Assembly (NCBI GenBank): GCA_023142595.1
Contig: JAGLJF010000003.1
Coordinates: 3,873 to 67,872 of the forward strand
Origin: Minisyncoccota bacterium
Lineage (GTDB): Bacteria > Patescibacteriota > Minisyncoccia > JAHIHE01 > JAGLIN01
Length of the DNA: 64,000 bases
Direction: 5' to 3'
Positions 9,892-19,039 of this stretch are shown here, piece after piece. The translations under genes were made by a program, and so were the position numbers. The notes beneath the pieces are model-generated. The model saw nothing but the letters and a program-made list of their open reading frames with translations, did not search any database and was not told the origin of the DNA. Numbering within the stretch: position 1 is the first letter of the stretch; each line of letters begins with the position of its first letter.

Positions 9892-11163
9892 ATGAATAAT
9901 AACAAAAAAACAACCTTCCTTTCTCTTGGCGCTGAATCTATAGGAAGATTTGCTGTTTATTCTGACGACAGTGTTTTTGTTTCCGAAAATTTTGGCGATT
10001 TACTGAATGAAAATAATTTCAAAAATTATGAGAAAGCCGTTCTAAAACAAATTAAAATAAAGAAGCCTAATGTGATTTTGACAGATTTGCATCCGCTTTA
10101 TGTTTCAACGGTTTTAGGAGAAGAATTATCAAAAAAACTTCAAATTCCACACATCAAAATTCAACATCATCTTGCCCATGTTTTCTCTGCAGTTGGGGAT
10201 AAATTTTGCCATTCTAACCCTAACAATTGTAATTCTGAGATTAATATTTGTCATCCTGAGCTTGTCGAAGGATTTCAGTCCGTTGAGACTACAAGAGATT
10301 CTTCGACTCCGCTCCGCTCCGCTCAGAATGACAGTAATAATTTTAGACTTGATATAAAATACTCTTTACCAAATACTTTCTACGGCATTGCTTCTGATGG
10401 CACGGGTTTAGGTTTTGATGGGAACATCTGTGGTGGAGAGGTTTTTGAATTTAAAAATACAAAATCTATAAAACAGCCTCTGCACCAAGTTCAAAATAGC
10501 AGTATAAAAAGAATTGGCTCGCTTGAAGAACAAACTATGCTTGGCGGAGATTTAGCAGTCAAAGAACCGGCTCGTATGCTCATTAGCATTCTTTCAAAAT
10601 TTCTGCCGAAAGAAAAAACATATGAAAATGTGGAAAAACATTATTCTAAAAACGAATTTGAACTTCTTTATAATCAACTTCAACAAGATTTCAATTGCCA
10701 AACAACAACAAGCACGGGAAGAATTTTAGATGCTGTTTCAGTTTTGCTTGACTTTGCAAAAAACGAACGAAAATCAAAACATGAAGCGACAAAACTTCTT
10801 GAAGAAAAATCTGCTATTCCGTATAAACTTAATCCAAAAATTACATTCGATAAAGATTATAACAGATATATTTTACAAACAACACCTCTTTTTGAATATT
10901 TATTAAAAAACATCAATAAAGATAAAAAAAGGCTTGCCACAACTGCACAATTATATCTTGCTCAAGGGTTTTTGGAAATTATCAATAAAAATTCAAATAA
11001 TCAAAACAGTAAAATCTTTTTCGCTGGCGGAATAGCGAATAATCAAATTATGTCCTCATATCTGGAAAATAATAATGTTTATACATCAAAAAAAATCCCT
11101 CGTGGAGACGAAGGACTTGCATTCGGTCAAATTATATATTATTTGTCTAACTATATAAATTAA
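9892..11163 (+). CDS. HypF C-terminal (Kae1/YgjD-like carbamoyltransferase) domain protein; lacks the acylphosphatase, Zn-finger and YrdC domains of full HypF
   Basis: LGAE..., DLHPLY and QHHLAHVFSA align with the HypF Kae1-like domain. Convergent with hypE, 7 nt apart. Contains an in-frame MITE (10250..10333). Confidence 0.55.
   Translation: MNNNKKTTFLSLGAESIGRFAVYSDDSVFVSENFGDLLNENNFKNYEKAVLKQIKIKKPNVILTDLHPLYVSTVLGEELSKKLQIPHIKIQHHLAHVFSAVGDKFCHSNPNNCNSEINICHPELVEGFQSVETTRDSSTPLRSAQNDSNNFRLDIKYSLPNTFYGIASDGTGLGFDGNICGGEVFEFKNTKSIKQPLHQVQNSSIKRIGSLEEQTMLGGDLAVKEPARMLISILSKFLPKEKTYENVEKHYSKNEFELLYNQLQQDFNCQTTTSTGRILDAVSVLLDFAKNERKSKHEATKLLEEKSAIPYKLNPKITFDKDYNRYILQTTPLFEYLLKNINKDKKRLATTAQLYLAQGFLEIINKNSNNQNSKIFFAGGIANNQIMSSYLENNNVYTSKKIPRGDEGLAFGQIIYYLSNYIN
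10250..10333. repeat. Family-3 MITE (gtcatcctgagcttgtcgaaggat...ctcagaatgaca) inserted in-frame within the hypF-Cterm CDS
   Basis: Same termini as the tandem copies at 58877-59096. Translated as ...ICHPELVEGFQSVETTRDSSTPLRSAQND... Confidence 0.7.
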
Positions 11164-11170
11164 TAAATCC

Positions 11171-12172
11171 CTAACAAATCCTCGGGATCAATTTTCCTTG
11201 TGGCATCTCAATCAGGCGTAAACCACCGATTGAAGTTTTCAAAAATACTCCTTTTCCTTTTTCTACTTCCCCAATAATTTTTGCTTCAGAATTAAACTTC
11301 TGAAGTTTTTTGACAACTTTGTCCGCATCTCTGGAGCTCACGCTCGCAATAAATCTTCCCTCAGACGGAAAGGCAAAAAGATTAATTCCTAAAAGCTCGC
11401 TAATTGCCACTACATCTTTTTTAAACGGTAGATTTTTTTCATCAAGAACAATTTTCACTTTTGATTTTTCAGCAATTTCATTCAAATTTTCTCCCAAACC
11501 TCCTCTCGTTGGATCTTTACAAACATGCAAAAATTTAGCCACACTTTGTACTTCCTTAACAAGTGGCTGACAATCGCTTTTTAATTTTGTTTTATAATTA
11601 AACCTCTCGCTCAAAATCACAGCACCGTGCTCTCCTAAATTTCCTGAAGCAATAATTTTGTCTCCTGGCTTTGCCTCACTATTTGAAATTATTTTTTTTG
11701 CCAGACCGACTCCGGAAGTTGTAATTTCAATTTTATCAATTTTTCCTTTTTCAGTTACTTTTGTATCCCCTGTCACAACTGGAACTTTTGCTTCACGCGA
11801 AACCTTATCAATTGATTTGATGATTTTTTCCAAATCTTTTGCTGGAAATCCTTCTTCGATCACAAAAGAAAGTGAAATTCCAATCGGCACTGCGCCCATT
11901 ACAGAAACATCATTAATCGTCCCACACATCGCAATTTTTCCAATATCACCACCTTTAAAAAATAAAGGGTCAATTATAAAAGCATCGGTCGTGAAAGCTA
12001 ATCTTTGATTTCCCAAATCATAAATCGCCGCATCATCTCCTGTATTTTTCCACTTCCCTGTATATTTCATAATTTTCCGCAAATCCTTGAAAAATTCCCA
12101 AGAAGCTTTTCCACCCGAACCAAGCTCAAGAGAAATTGATGAATTTTTATTGAATGATTTTGATGTTGACAT
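11171..12172 (-). CDS. hypE: Hydrogenase maturation protein HypE (AIR-synthase-related carbamoyl dehydratase)
   Basis: ISLELGSGGKA N-terminus. MCGTINDVSVMGA motif. Diagnostic C-terminal PRIC motif. Confidence 0.8.
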   Translation of the reverse strand: MSTSKSFNKNSSISLELGSGGKASWEFFKDLRKIMKYTGKWKNTGDDAAIYDLGNQRLAFTTDAFIIDPLFFKGGDIGKIAMCGTINDVSVMGAVPIGISLSFVIEEGFPAKDLEKIIKSIDKVSREAKVPVVTGDTKVTEKGKIDKIEITTSGVGLAKKIISNSEAKPGDKIIASGNLGEHGAVILSERFNYKTKLKSDCQPLVKEVQSVAKFLHVCKDPTRGGLGENLNEIAEKSKVKIVLDEKNLPFKKDVVAISELLGINLFAFPSEGRFIASVSSRDADKVVKKLQKFNSEAKIIGEVEKGKGVFLKTSIGGLRLIEMPQGKLIPRIC

Positions 12173-12238
12173 ATTTTTGGTTTTATGATAAATTAATTAG
12201 TCATATTTATGATTTGACACAAAATATGGAGGCTTAAT

Positions 12239-12550
12239 ATGGGAAATACAGAAATAATTGCTAATTTGGGAATTGATCAATATAAGAAACGGCTTGAAGA
12301 CTGCTTCAGAGGCATTACAAAAAAAATTGAAGATAAAATAGCAGATGCCCTCGCCGTCACAGAAGATATAAATAACTTAGTTGATTTGCCAGAACAAACG
12401 AGAAATCAACTCAAGTCAATATTATTTATTGAACTGGTTGCTCTGTATGAAAAAGAAAAATCATATGACAGCACTTATGAAATAATGGGCATCACCAAAG
12501 AACAGGGTTCTGACGCTCTAATGGATGTTCTATCGGGAAATTATGATTAA
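12239..12550 (+). CDS. Hypothetical small soluble protein
   Basis: 103-aa ORF with coding-like composition. No recognisable motif. Confidence 0.3.
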   Translation: MGNTEIIANLGIDQYKKRLEDCFRGITKKIEDKIADALAVTEDINNLVDLPEQTRNQLKSILFIELVALYEKEKSYDSTYEIMGITKEQGSDALMDVLSGNYD

Positions 12551-12945
12551 ATTTTGACAGATAAATCTGTCTCTGAAGATATCAACTTATCAACATAGGT
12601 TGCTCTGTCTTCTTTTTTTATCCCAAATATTTTAAGGAATCTTGATTATCTAAAAACCTATAACGATAAAGAACAGAATTCCTATTTCCTGTCATTTTGT
12701 GGGAGTAATAACGACGAGAAATCTGTGAATAGTATTAGTCTAAAATTAATTAGTTTTCAAACCCCCTAGCCCCCTTATCAGGGGGAACGAGACTTAATTG
12801 GTTTATAGATCTCTAAATTACTTCGCGCATTTCAATAATTCACAGCAATCAACTTCAAAGCGTCGCTCTTGACAAGAATCTCAATTCGTGTTAGGATTAG
12901 GTGTAAAAGTCTTTTGTAAGGCTTTTTTAATTATTAATTTAATAT

Positions 12946-13524
12946 ATGTGTAAACGCTTTTTAAGCAGCGTAAAGTCAAAGAAACATTCATTGATTATAA
13001 CAGTTATTGCTGTAGCAATCATAATCACCGGACTATTGTCCTCTCAACGTCTTACGGGAGCAGTGGTAGAACAAAAAACAAATAAAAATCAAAATAATTC
13101 TTGTAATATTAAAGAAGTAAAAGGTTTTTCTATGCCAGAACTATCTTTTCAAAAAGAAGATTTATCAAATAATGTTCCTGATTCAGAAGAAAAGGTTTTG
13201 GCCGTAATGACAGGGGCTAAAGAATCAATCGAAAGCTCAACAAAACAAAGAAAGCTTGTTCTTGTGACAGCATATTCTTCAACAATTGACCAAACTGACT
13301 CTACTCCATTTATCACAGCAAACGGAACTCATGTTTATGATGGAACAATCGCAGCCAACTTTCTCAAGTTTGGGACAAAAGTTAAATTCCCATCATTATA
13401 TGGAGATAAAATTTTCACAGTAGAAGACAGGATGAAGAGCGATTATAAAGTTGATATCTGGTTTCCTACTAGGCAAGAAGCTCTCAATTTTGGAGCGAAA
13501 AGAGTTGAAATCGAAATTCAGTAA
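12946..13524 (+). CDS. Membrane-anchored 3D-domain protein (MltA-like cell-wall binding/lytic domain)
   Basis: C-terminal YSSTIDQTDSTPFITANGTHV...DIWFPTRQEALNFGAKRVEIEI matches the 3D domain pattern. N-terminal TM. Confidence 0.5.
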   Translation: MCKRFLSSVKSKKHSLIITVIAVAIIITGLLSSQRLTGAVVEQKTNKNQNNSCNIKEVKGFSMPELSFQKEDLSNNVPDSEEKVLAVMTGAKESIESSTKQRKLVLVTAYSSTIDQTDSTPFITANGTHVYDGTIAANFLKFGTKVKFPSLYGDKIFTVEDRMKSDYKVDIWFPTRQEALNFGAKRVEIEIQ

Positions 13525-13651
13525 AATTATATAAATTTACAAAAAACTTTAAGAAGCTAATAAATTTTTCTCTTATAATTTATTTTTTGCTTTAATTCCT
13601 GGATTCCCTTCTTCAAGGGAATGACAAAAATAAACAGCCTTAACGGGTTGT

Positions 13652-14722
13652 TTATTTTTTATTAAAAACTTTTAACAAAAATTTGTGAATTTTGAGAAGT
13701 TGTTTTGGAGTCTCAATGCTAAAATCCCTAGAGAGTGTTTTAACACTAAAATAAATCAAAGATAAAAATCCGCATAAAACAAGGACAATATTAATAAGCC
13801 TAAAAATCAAACTAAAAGCAAACCCATCACTTTTGCCAAGATTCAAAAGATTAAATATAAATGTCAAAGATGCCTCGAAGCTTCCTAATGATCCAGGAAT
13901 TGGAATAAAATTAGCTAGGGTAGAAATAAAAAATATGGCCGCTGAATGTGTTAAATCAATTGTTTTTCCCAAAGACAGAACAATTACCCAAATCGTTATT
14001 AAATATAATAATATTTCAGCAAAGGCGAGAATGAAGGCTTTAGCAAATGTTGCAGTTTTGTTATTAAAAAATTGAGCAATAATTTTTTCCATTTTTTCGA
14101 AATTTTCTTCTTTTCTCTTGATAAATTTAATTTTGTCTAATCTAGTTGTTTTGAGAATAAATATAAAAAATCCATGACCATCAGAATTATCTCTAATAAG
14201 ACGAGAATAAAAAAGATGCAAAATAAATAATGCTGAAACTATTATAAATCCAAATCCATAAAAAACGCTAACCGGAAGAGAAAAATAATGAACCAAAAAA
14301 AGAAATCCAAAAATCATAAACAAGAAAAGTGAGAAAAAATAAATCACTTGATCAATAATCACTGAGGCAAATGATTTTTCCCAGCTATATCCAGACTCTT
14401 CCTTGATCATGTAAGCTCTCACTGGTTCTCCTCCAACCAAAACAGAAGGAGTGACGTAGCTTACAGCAAATCCAGCCAATTTTGCTCGCAGTAATTTTCC
14501 AAAACTTATTTTGTGACTATTTTGAGCCTCAATTATTATTTTCCAACGAAGAGTTCCAAAAATAAAAATTGCCACAAAATTTATCAAAAAAACAGCCACA
14601 ATAGCTGGTAGTGGGAAGATTTTGATAGTTTGAATTACGCTCTCAATTCCAGCTTGTTGTATCGCTCCTATAAAAAGAAACAAACCTAGAATCAAAGATA
14701 ATAAAAAAATAATTCTTTTCAT
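13652..14722 (-). CDS. UPF0104/LPG-synthase-TM-like flippase-like polytopic membrane protein
   Basis: About 8 TM helices. A GGEPVRAYMIKE motif resembles the family GGd.vR motif. Confidence 0.4.
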   Translation of the reverse strand: MKRIIFLLSLILGLFLFIGAIQQAGIESVIQTIKIFPLPAIVAVFLINFVAIFIFGTLRWKIIIEAQNSHKISFGKLLRAKLAGFAVSYVTPSVLVGGEPVRAYMIKEESGYSWEKSFASVIIDQVIYFFSLFLFMIFGFLFLVHYFSLPVSVFYGFGFIIVSALFILHLFYSRLIRDNSDGHGFFIFILKTTRLDKIKFIKRKEENFEKMEKIIAQFFNNKTATFAKAFILAFAEILLYLITIWVIVLSLGKTIDLTHSAAIFFISTLANFIPIPGSLGSFEASLTFIFNLLNLGKSDGFAFSLIFRLINIVLVLCGFLSLIYFSVKTLSRDFSIETPKQLLKIHKFLLKVFNKK

Positions 14723-14748
14723 TTTTTAATCAAATGGTTTATGTATTG

Positions 14749-14833
14749 TGCCGAGGGAGGGACTCGAACCCTCACGAAGTATAAGTTCAACGGATTTTAA
14801 GTCCGTCGCGTCTACCAATTCCGCCACCCCGGC
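14749..14833 (-). tRNA. tRNA-Leu (anticodon TAA), long variable arm
   Basis: Cloverleaf folded by hand. Anticodon loop CTTAAAA. 3' CCA not encoded. Confidence 0.8.
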
Positions 14834-14857
14834 AAGTTTTATATTGTGTTGTCAATT

Positions 14858-14931
14858 TGGAGGCCTGGGTCGGATTTGAACCGGCGTACACGGTTTTGCA
14901 GACCGCTACCTAACCACTCGGTCACCAGGCC
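14858..14931 (-). tRNA. tRNA-Cys (anticodon GCA), CCA encoded
   Basis: Acceptor GGCCTGG/CCAGGCC. Anticodon loop CTGCAAA. Terminal TCCA. T-stem has one mismatch in my hand fold. Confidence 0.7.
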
Positions 14932-14998
14932 ATATATTCAGATGTTTTGCATCCTTTAAACATAGTTAAAGTTAGCATAAAATCAAGCAGTGGTCAAA

Positions 14999-15577
14999 TC
15001 AAACCTCTGTAATTTCATCTTTATTATCTTTTTCAATTTCCTTGATAATTTTTGGAATTTTCTGAAAATCTTTTTGCAACTCTTCAAGCAATGATCTTTT
15101 ATATAAAGTCGCTGCTGGATGATAAACAGGATAATATATCCTGCCATTATATCTTTTCGGCTTTCCGTGATCGACTGAAATCTTTTGCCCAGGAAGAAAT
15201 CTATCCATTGAATGCCTGCCCAAAAGTACAATTAGTTTCGGTTTGATGATTTCAATTTGTTGATTAAGCCAATCTTTACACATCACAACTTCCTCTGGTT
15301 TCGGATCTCGATTTTCAGGAGGTCGACATTTGACAACATTCGCGATATAAACATCGTCTCTTTTTAATTTTATTGACTCAATCATTTCATCAAGAATTTT
15401 CCCTGCGCTACCAATAAAAGGAAGCCCCGCTTCATCTTCCTTTCTGCCTGGTGCTTCACCGACAAACATAATCTCCGCCTGATCACTACCCGAACCACAA
15501 ACAACATTGATGCGAGTCTTACAAAGCTCACACTTTTTACATTGAGATATTTTTTCGTTAAGTTTTTTGAGAGACAT
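14999..15577 (-). CDS. Uracil-DNA glycosylase, family 4
   Basis: GEAPGRKEDEAGLPFIGSAGKILD motif. Fe-S cysteines CKKCELC near the N-terminus. Confidence 0.8.
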   Translation of the reverse strand: MSLKKLNEKISQCKKCELCKTRINVVCGSGSDQAEIMFVGEAPGRKEDEAGLPFIGSAGKILDEMIESIKLKRDDVYIANVVKCRPPENRDPKPEEVVMCKDWLNQQIEIIKPKLIVLLGRHSMDRFLPGQKISVDHGKPKRYNGRIYYPVYHPAATLYKRSLLEELQKDFQKIPKIIKEIEKDNKDEITEV

Positions 15578-15609
15578 TTTTAAGTGTTGTTAAAATATTA
15601 AAATAATTT

Positions 15610-17052
15610 TTACCACCTCACTCCAATATCCAATTCATCTTCTGATTTTCCAATCAAACCAGAATCACTTTGCAGAAAATAATTTCCTTCAATTGAATTG
15701 GAAAATTGAGGATCTTCGGAAAAATTGTTGTCTTGCATTTCACACTCTCCGTAACAAACAAAATTATTTTTATTATTCCAAATATTATTATGACTGATTG
15801 AAATGCCTTTACTTTTGACATCAACATTAATTCCTGCACAAAGTTCACAAATTCCATTGTCTGAAATAATATTGTTTGTAATATCTGCGGAAGAATTGAT
15901 TGCATAAATTCCATAAGTCGCCCCAAGATAGGTTTTGTAGTGATTATTATAACTTATAGTATTATGATTTATCAATGCAGAGGAATTATATAAATCAATG
16001 CCGATTTTATTGTCCGTAATGAGATTATCTAATATAATTACTCGGTCAACTTTTAAAACACTGTTGGCTCCATACTCCTGTGTGGAGCCAATTTGTTTAT
16101 TATCCTCATCGTACAGTTTTTCTTCTTTTTGAAAATTATAAACCTGAATTCCTTTGCTTGCAAATTGTAAAGCATTTTTTTGAATAACAGGAGCTGAGCT
16201 TCCTTTAATATAAATATTAAACTTATTATCAGTCAAAATGTTATCGTGTATCCACGGAGAAGAATCTTCAATCAAAATTCCGCTCAAGTTTTTTCCAGAA
16301 TTTTTAATAATAAATCCAGATAATGAAGTCTTGCTGGAAATGCCATTTTTAAATGTCACAACATTACCACTGCCATTTCCATTAATTATAACATTAAGAT
16401 TTTCTTTTTGGGATGAAAGTTCGTCAATTGAATTTTCTTGTTCATCACAATCAGCTAGTTCTAAATTTTCATCAACTTCATCTGCAAAGCATTCAAAAGT
16501 CAAAGACGCCTCAGGAATTAGATTTACTTTGCCAGTTCCAACTAAGCTAACTCCTTCTTTCATTGCTATATTCTCTTGATATTCTCCTGGAGAAACTTCG
16601 ATCACATCTCCCTCTTTGGCATTTTCAATTGCTATTTGAATTGATTTATAATCTTCAGGAACTTTAATTATCGCTGGTTGATTTTGTCCCTCTATTGCAA
16701 CTTTGAGAAAAAACAAAGTTTCACTTTTTTTGAGTCCAAAAAAAATATTACCAGCTCTGACTAATTTATCGACATATTTTTCAATCAACAATTTTCTTTC
16801 CGCCTCCCTTTTTTCTTTTCTGCTTTTGATCAAGCTTATTTCACCTTCTTCGTAGTTATCGTTTAAATTTTTTATATCGACAATTTCCAGTTCCATTATT
16901 TTAATAATATTTTCTGATTCGAATTCATCAATTTTTGCAAATTGACTCTCGTTTCTATTATTTTCAAAATTATAACTTGCGTTTTGCCATGCAAAAACAA
17001 TACCAACCAAGGATATGAAAAAAATTAATATAAAAATTATTTTTTGTTTCAT
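15610..17052 (-). CDS. Secreted right-handed parallel beta-helix repeat protein (pectate-lyase-fold surface protein)
   Basis: Signal peptide/TM. IQIAIENAKEGDVIEVSPGEYQENI is typical of beta-helix proteins. Repetitive N/G/S-rich beta-helix rungs. Confidence 0.5.
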   Translation of the reverse strand: MKQKIIFILIFFISLVGIVFAWQNASYNFENNRNESQFAKIDEFESENIIKIMELEIVDIKNLNDNYEEGEISLIKSRKEKREAERKLLIEKYVDKLVRAGNIFFGLKKSETLFFLKVAIEGQNQPAIIKVPEDYKSIQIAIENAKEGDVIEVSPGEYQENIAMKEGVSLVGTGKVNLIPEASLTFECFADEVDENLELADCDEQENSIDELSSQKENLNVIINGNGSGNVVTFKNGISSKTSLSGFIIKNSGKNLSGILIEDSSPWIHDNILTDNKFNIYIKGSSAPVIQKNALQFASKGIQVYNFQKEEKLYDEDNKQIGSTQEYGANSVLKVDRVIILDNLITDNKIGIDLYNSSALINHNTISYNNHYKTYLGATYGIYAINSSADITNNIISDNGICELCAGINVDVKSKGISISHNNIWNNKNNFVCYGECEMQDNNFSEDPQFSNSIEGNYFLQSDSGLIGKSEDELDIGVRW

Positions 17053-17088
17053 TTTTCAATTGCCTAATATAAAAATACTTACTTGTAT

Positions 17089-17946
17089 TTATATCTTTCC
17101 TTTCAACTCCTTCAAAATCTCCAGCTCTTCTCCCGCTTTATTATTCGGAGTTTCAAGAATAAAGTCCATACTCTTTAATCTTTCATCTTGCAAAATTGCT
17201 TCAAACCCTTCTATCCCTATTTTACCATTTCCGATATTATCATGTCGATCTTTGTGCGAATCAAATTTTGCCATAGAATCATTGAGATGAACTAGCCCCA
17301 GTCTTTCAATCCCAATAATTTTATCAAATTTATCAAAAGTATTTTTTACCGCTTTCTCATTCCGCAAATCGTAGCCAGATGCAAAAGCATGAGCAGTATC
17401 AAAACACACTCCTAGTTTATTTTTCTTGATTTCTTTTTCAACTTCTTTGATAAAATATGCAATTTCTTCAAAATTATCTCCCATAATTTCTCCAGCACCT
17501 GCCGTGATTTCCAGAAGAAGCTTAGCGTTAAAATTTTTTTCAATATCGTTTTGCAAAAATATTTTTTTCAAACCAGCAACTAACTTTTCTTTGGCTTCTT
17601 TTTCTCCCAAGTCTTTAGCACTACCGAGATGCGTCACAACCGCTTTGGCTCCCAACAAATCTGCTTTTTGAAGCTCTTCTTTAATGGAAGAAATCGAACC
17701 ATAATAAATCCTACTGTTCGCGGAGGCAAGATTTATATAATATGGCGTATGGATATAATAATTTTGAAGATCATATTTTTTTGCTTCTGCTTGAAAATCA
17801 CTAGCAACTTTTTCGGTAATTTCCACAGACTTTCCTCCATGTGGTGATTTTGAGAAAATTTGAAAACACTCACAACCAATCTCGTGAGCTCTTTGAGGGG
17901 CTTTTTCGATACCTCCTGCAATTGAAATATGAGCGCCAAATTTCAT
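17089..17946 (-). CDS. nfo: Endonuclease IV (AP endonuclease family 2)
   Basis: MKFGAHISIAGG start. TIM-barrel AP-endonuclease motifs. Confidence 0.85.
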   Translation of the reverse strand: MKFGAHISIAGGIEKAPQRAHEIGCECFQIFSKSPHGGKSVEITEKVASDFQAEAKKYDLQNYYIHTPYYINLASANSRIYYGSISSIKEELQKADLLGAKAVVTHLGSAKDLGEKEAKEKLVAGLKKIFLQNDIEKNFNAKLLLEITAGAGEIMGDNFEEIAYFIKEVEKEIKKNKLGVCFDTAHAFASGYDLRNEKAVKNTFDKFDKIIGIERLGLVHLNDSMAKFDSHKDRHDNIGNGKIGIEGFEAILQDERLKSMDFILETPNNKAGEELEILKELKGKI

Positions 17947-18483
17947 TTATTGTTTTAGTTTTTTATATTTTTTAATAAGCTTATGAACAAGATCTCTTAT
18001 TTTTTCTGGATCTTTTTCGTCATCTGAAATTTGGATAAGTTCTTTAAAAAAAGAGTCTGCCTTAGGATAATTTCCATTACCGCTTTCTATATATTTCAAA
18101 TGACTTGTTTTATAATTGTTTATTCTTTTCATTGGAATTTCAGAAGGTTTTTCGTTATAGTACAAACACATTTTGAACATCCAAAATTCAAAAATATGAG
18201 ATTCCAATAATCCTTCCTTGAAAAATAAAAACTCATTCGTAAACAAATTCCAATATCGAAAATACCAAGTTTTAACTTTTTTCTGATTAACACATTCCAC
18301 GGCCTCAATTATTATAAAGTCATATTCTTTTGTAAAAGAATTCAAAACATTAATTTTATTTGCCTTTTGTCCAATATTAATTGATTTTGATATTTTTCTT
18401 ATTTGCAAATAGGAAAAAATAACTCCAACGGTAATCGCAACACTAGACATTATTTCCGCATAATATTTCAGAATTTCATTCAT
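17947..18483 (-). CDS. Hypothetical N-terminally membrane-anchored protein, tandem paralog A
   Basis: About 50% identical to paralog B (shared WYFRxWNLxTNEFxFF and EFWxFxxCLxYNEKPS). The probable start is the internal Met (MNEILKYY), giving 178 aa. Confidence 0.4.
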   Translation of the reverse strand: MNEILKYYAEIMSSVAITVGVIFSYLQIRKISKSINIGQKANKINVLNSFTKEYDFIIIEAVECVNQKKVKTWYFRYWNLFTNEFLFFKEGLLESHIFEFWMFKMCLYYNEKPSEIPMKRINNYKTSHLKYIESGNGNYPKADSFFKELIQISDDEKDPEKIRDLVHKLIKKYKKLKQ

Positions 18484-18496
18484 AAAATTTGTTAAT

Positions 18497-19030
18497 TTAT
18501 TTAGACTTTCTATATTTTTGAACAAGCTTATGAACACGATTTTCTATGTTTTCTTCATTTTTTTCTTCATCTGCAATTTTTATCAACTCATGATAGAAGG
18601 CATCCGTTCTAGGATAACTTTTTTCTCTGTTCTTCATATATTTTAAATGACTTTTTTTGTAACAAGGCGTTCTTTTCAAGCAAGCGTCAGATGGTTTTTC
18701 GTTATAGAATAAACATAATCTGAAAGCCCAAAATTCAAAAATTAACGGGTCAAGAATTCCTTGATAAAAAAATACAAATTCGTTTGTATATAAATTCCAA
18801 AGTCGAAAATACCAAACGTCAACTTTTTTTTGCGAATTACAATCTCCTATCTCAATCATCAAAGAATCATATTCTTTTGTAAAACGACCGAGAACTTTTA
18901 TAAAATTTGATTTTTTATTTATATCAATTGTTTTTGATATTTTTTTAATTTGCAAATAGGAAAATAATACTCCAAATATAATCGCTAAACTTGTCATAGC
19001 ATCTAGCACATCTTTCAAAATTTCATTCAT
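18497..19030 (-). CDS. Hypothetical N-terminally membrane-anchored protein, tandem paralog B
   Basis: 177 aa. Same architecture as paralog A. Confidence 0.4.
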   Translation of the reverse strand: MNEILKDVLDAMTSLAIIFGVLFSYLQIKKISKTIDINKKSNFIKVLGRFTKEYDSLMIEIGDCNSQKKVDVWYFRLWNLYTNEFVFFYQGILDPLIFEFWAFRLCLFYNEKPSDACLKRTPCYKKSHLKYMKNREKSYPRTDAFYHELIKIADEEKNEENIENRVHKLVQKYRKSK

Positions 19031-19039
19031 TTTTTTATT

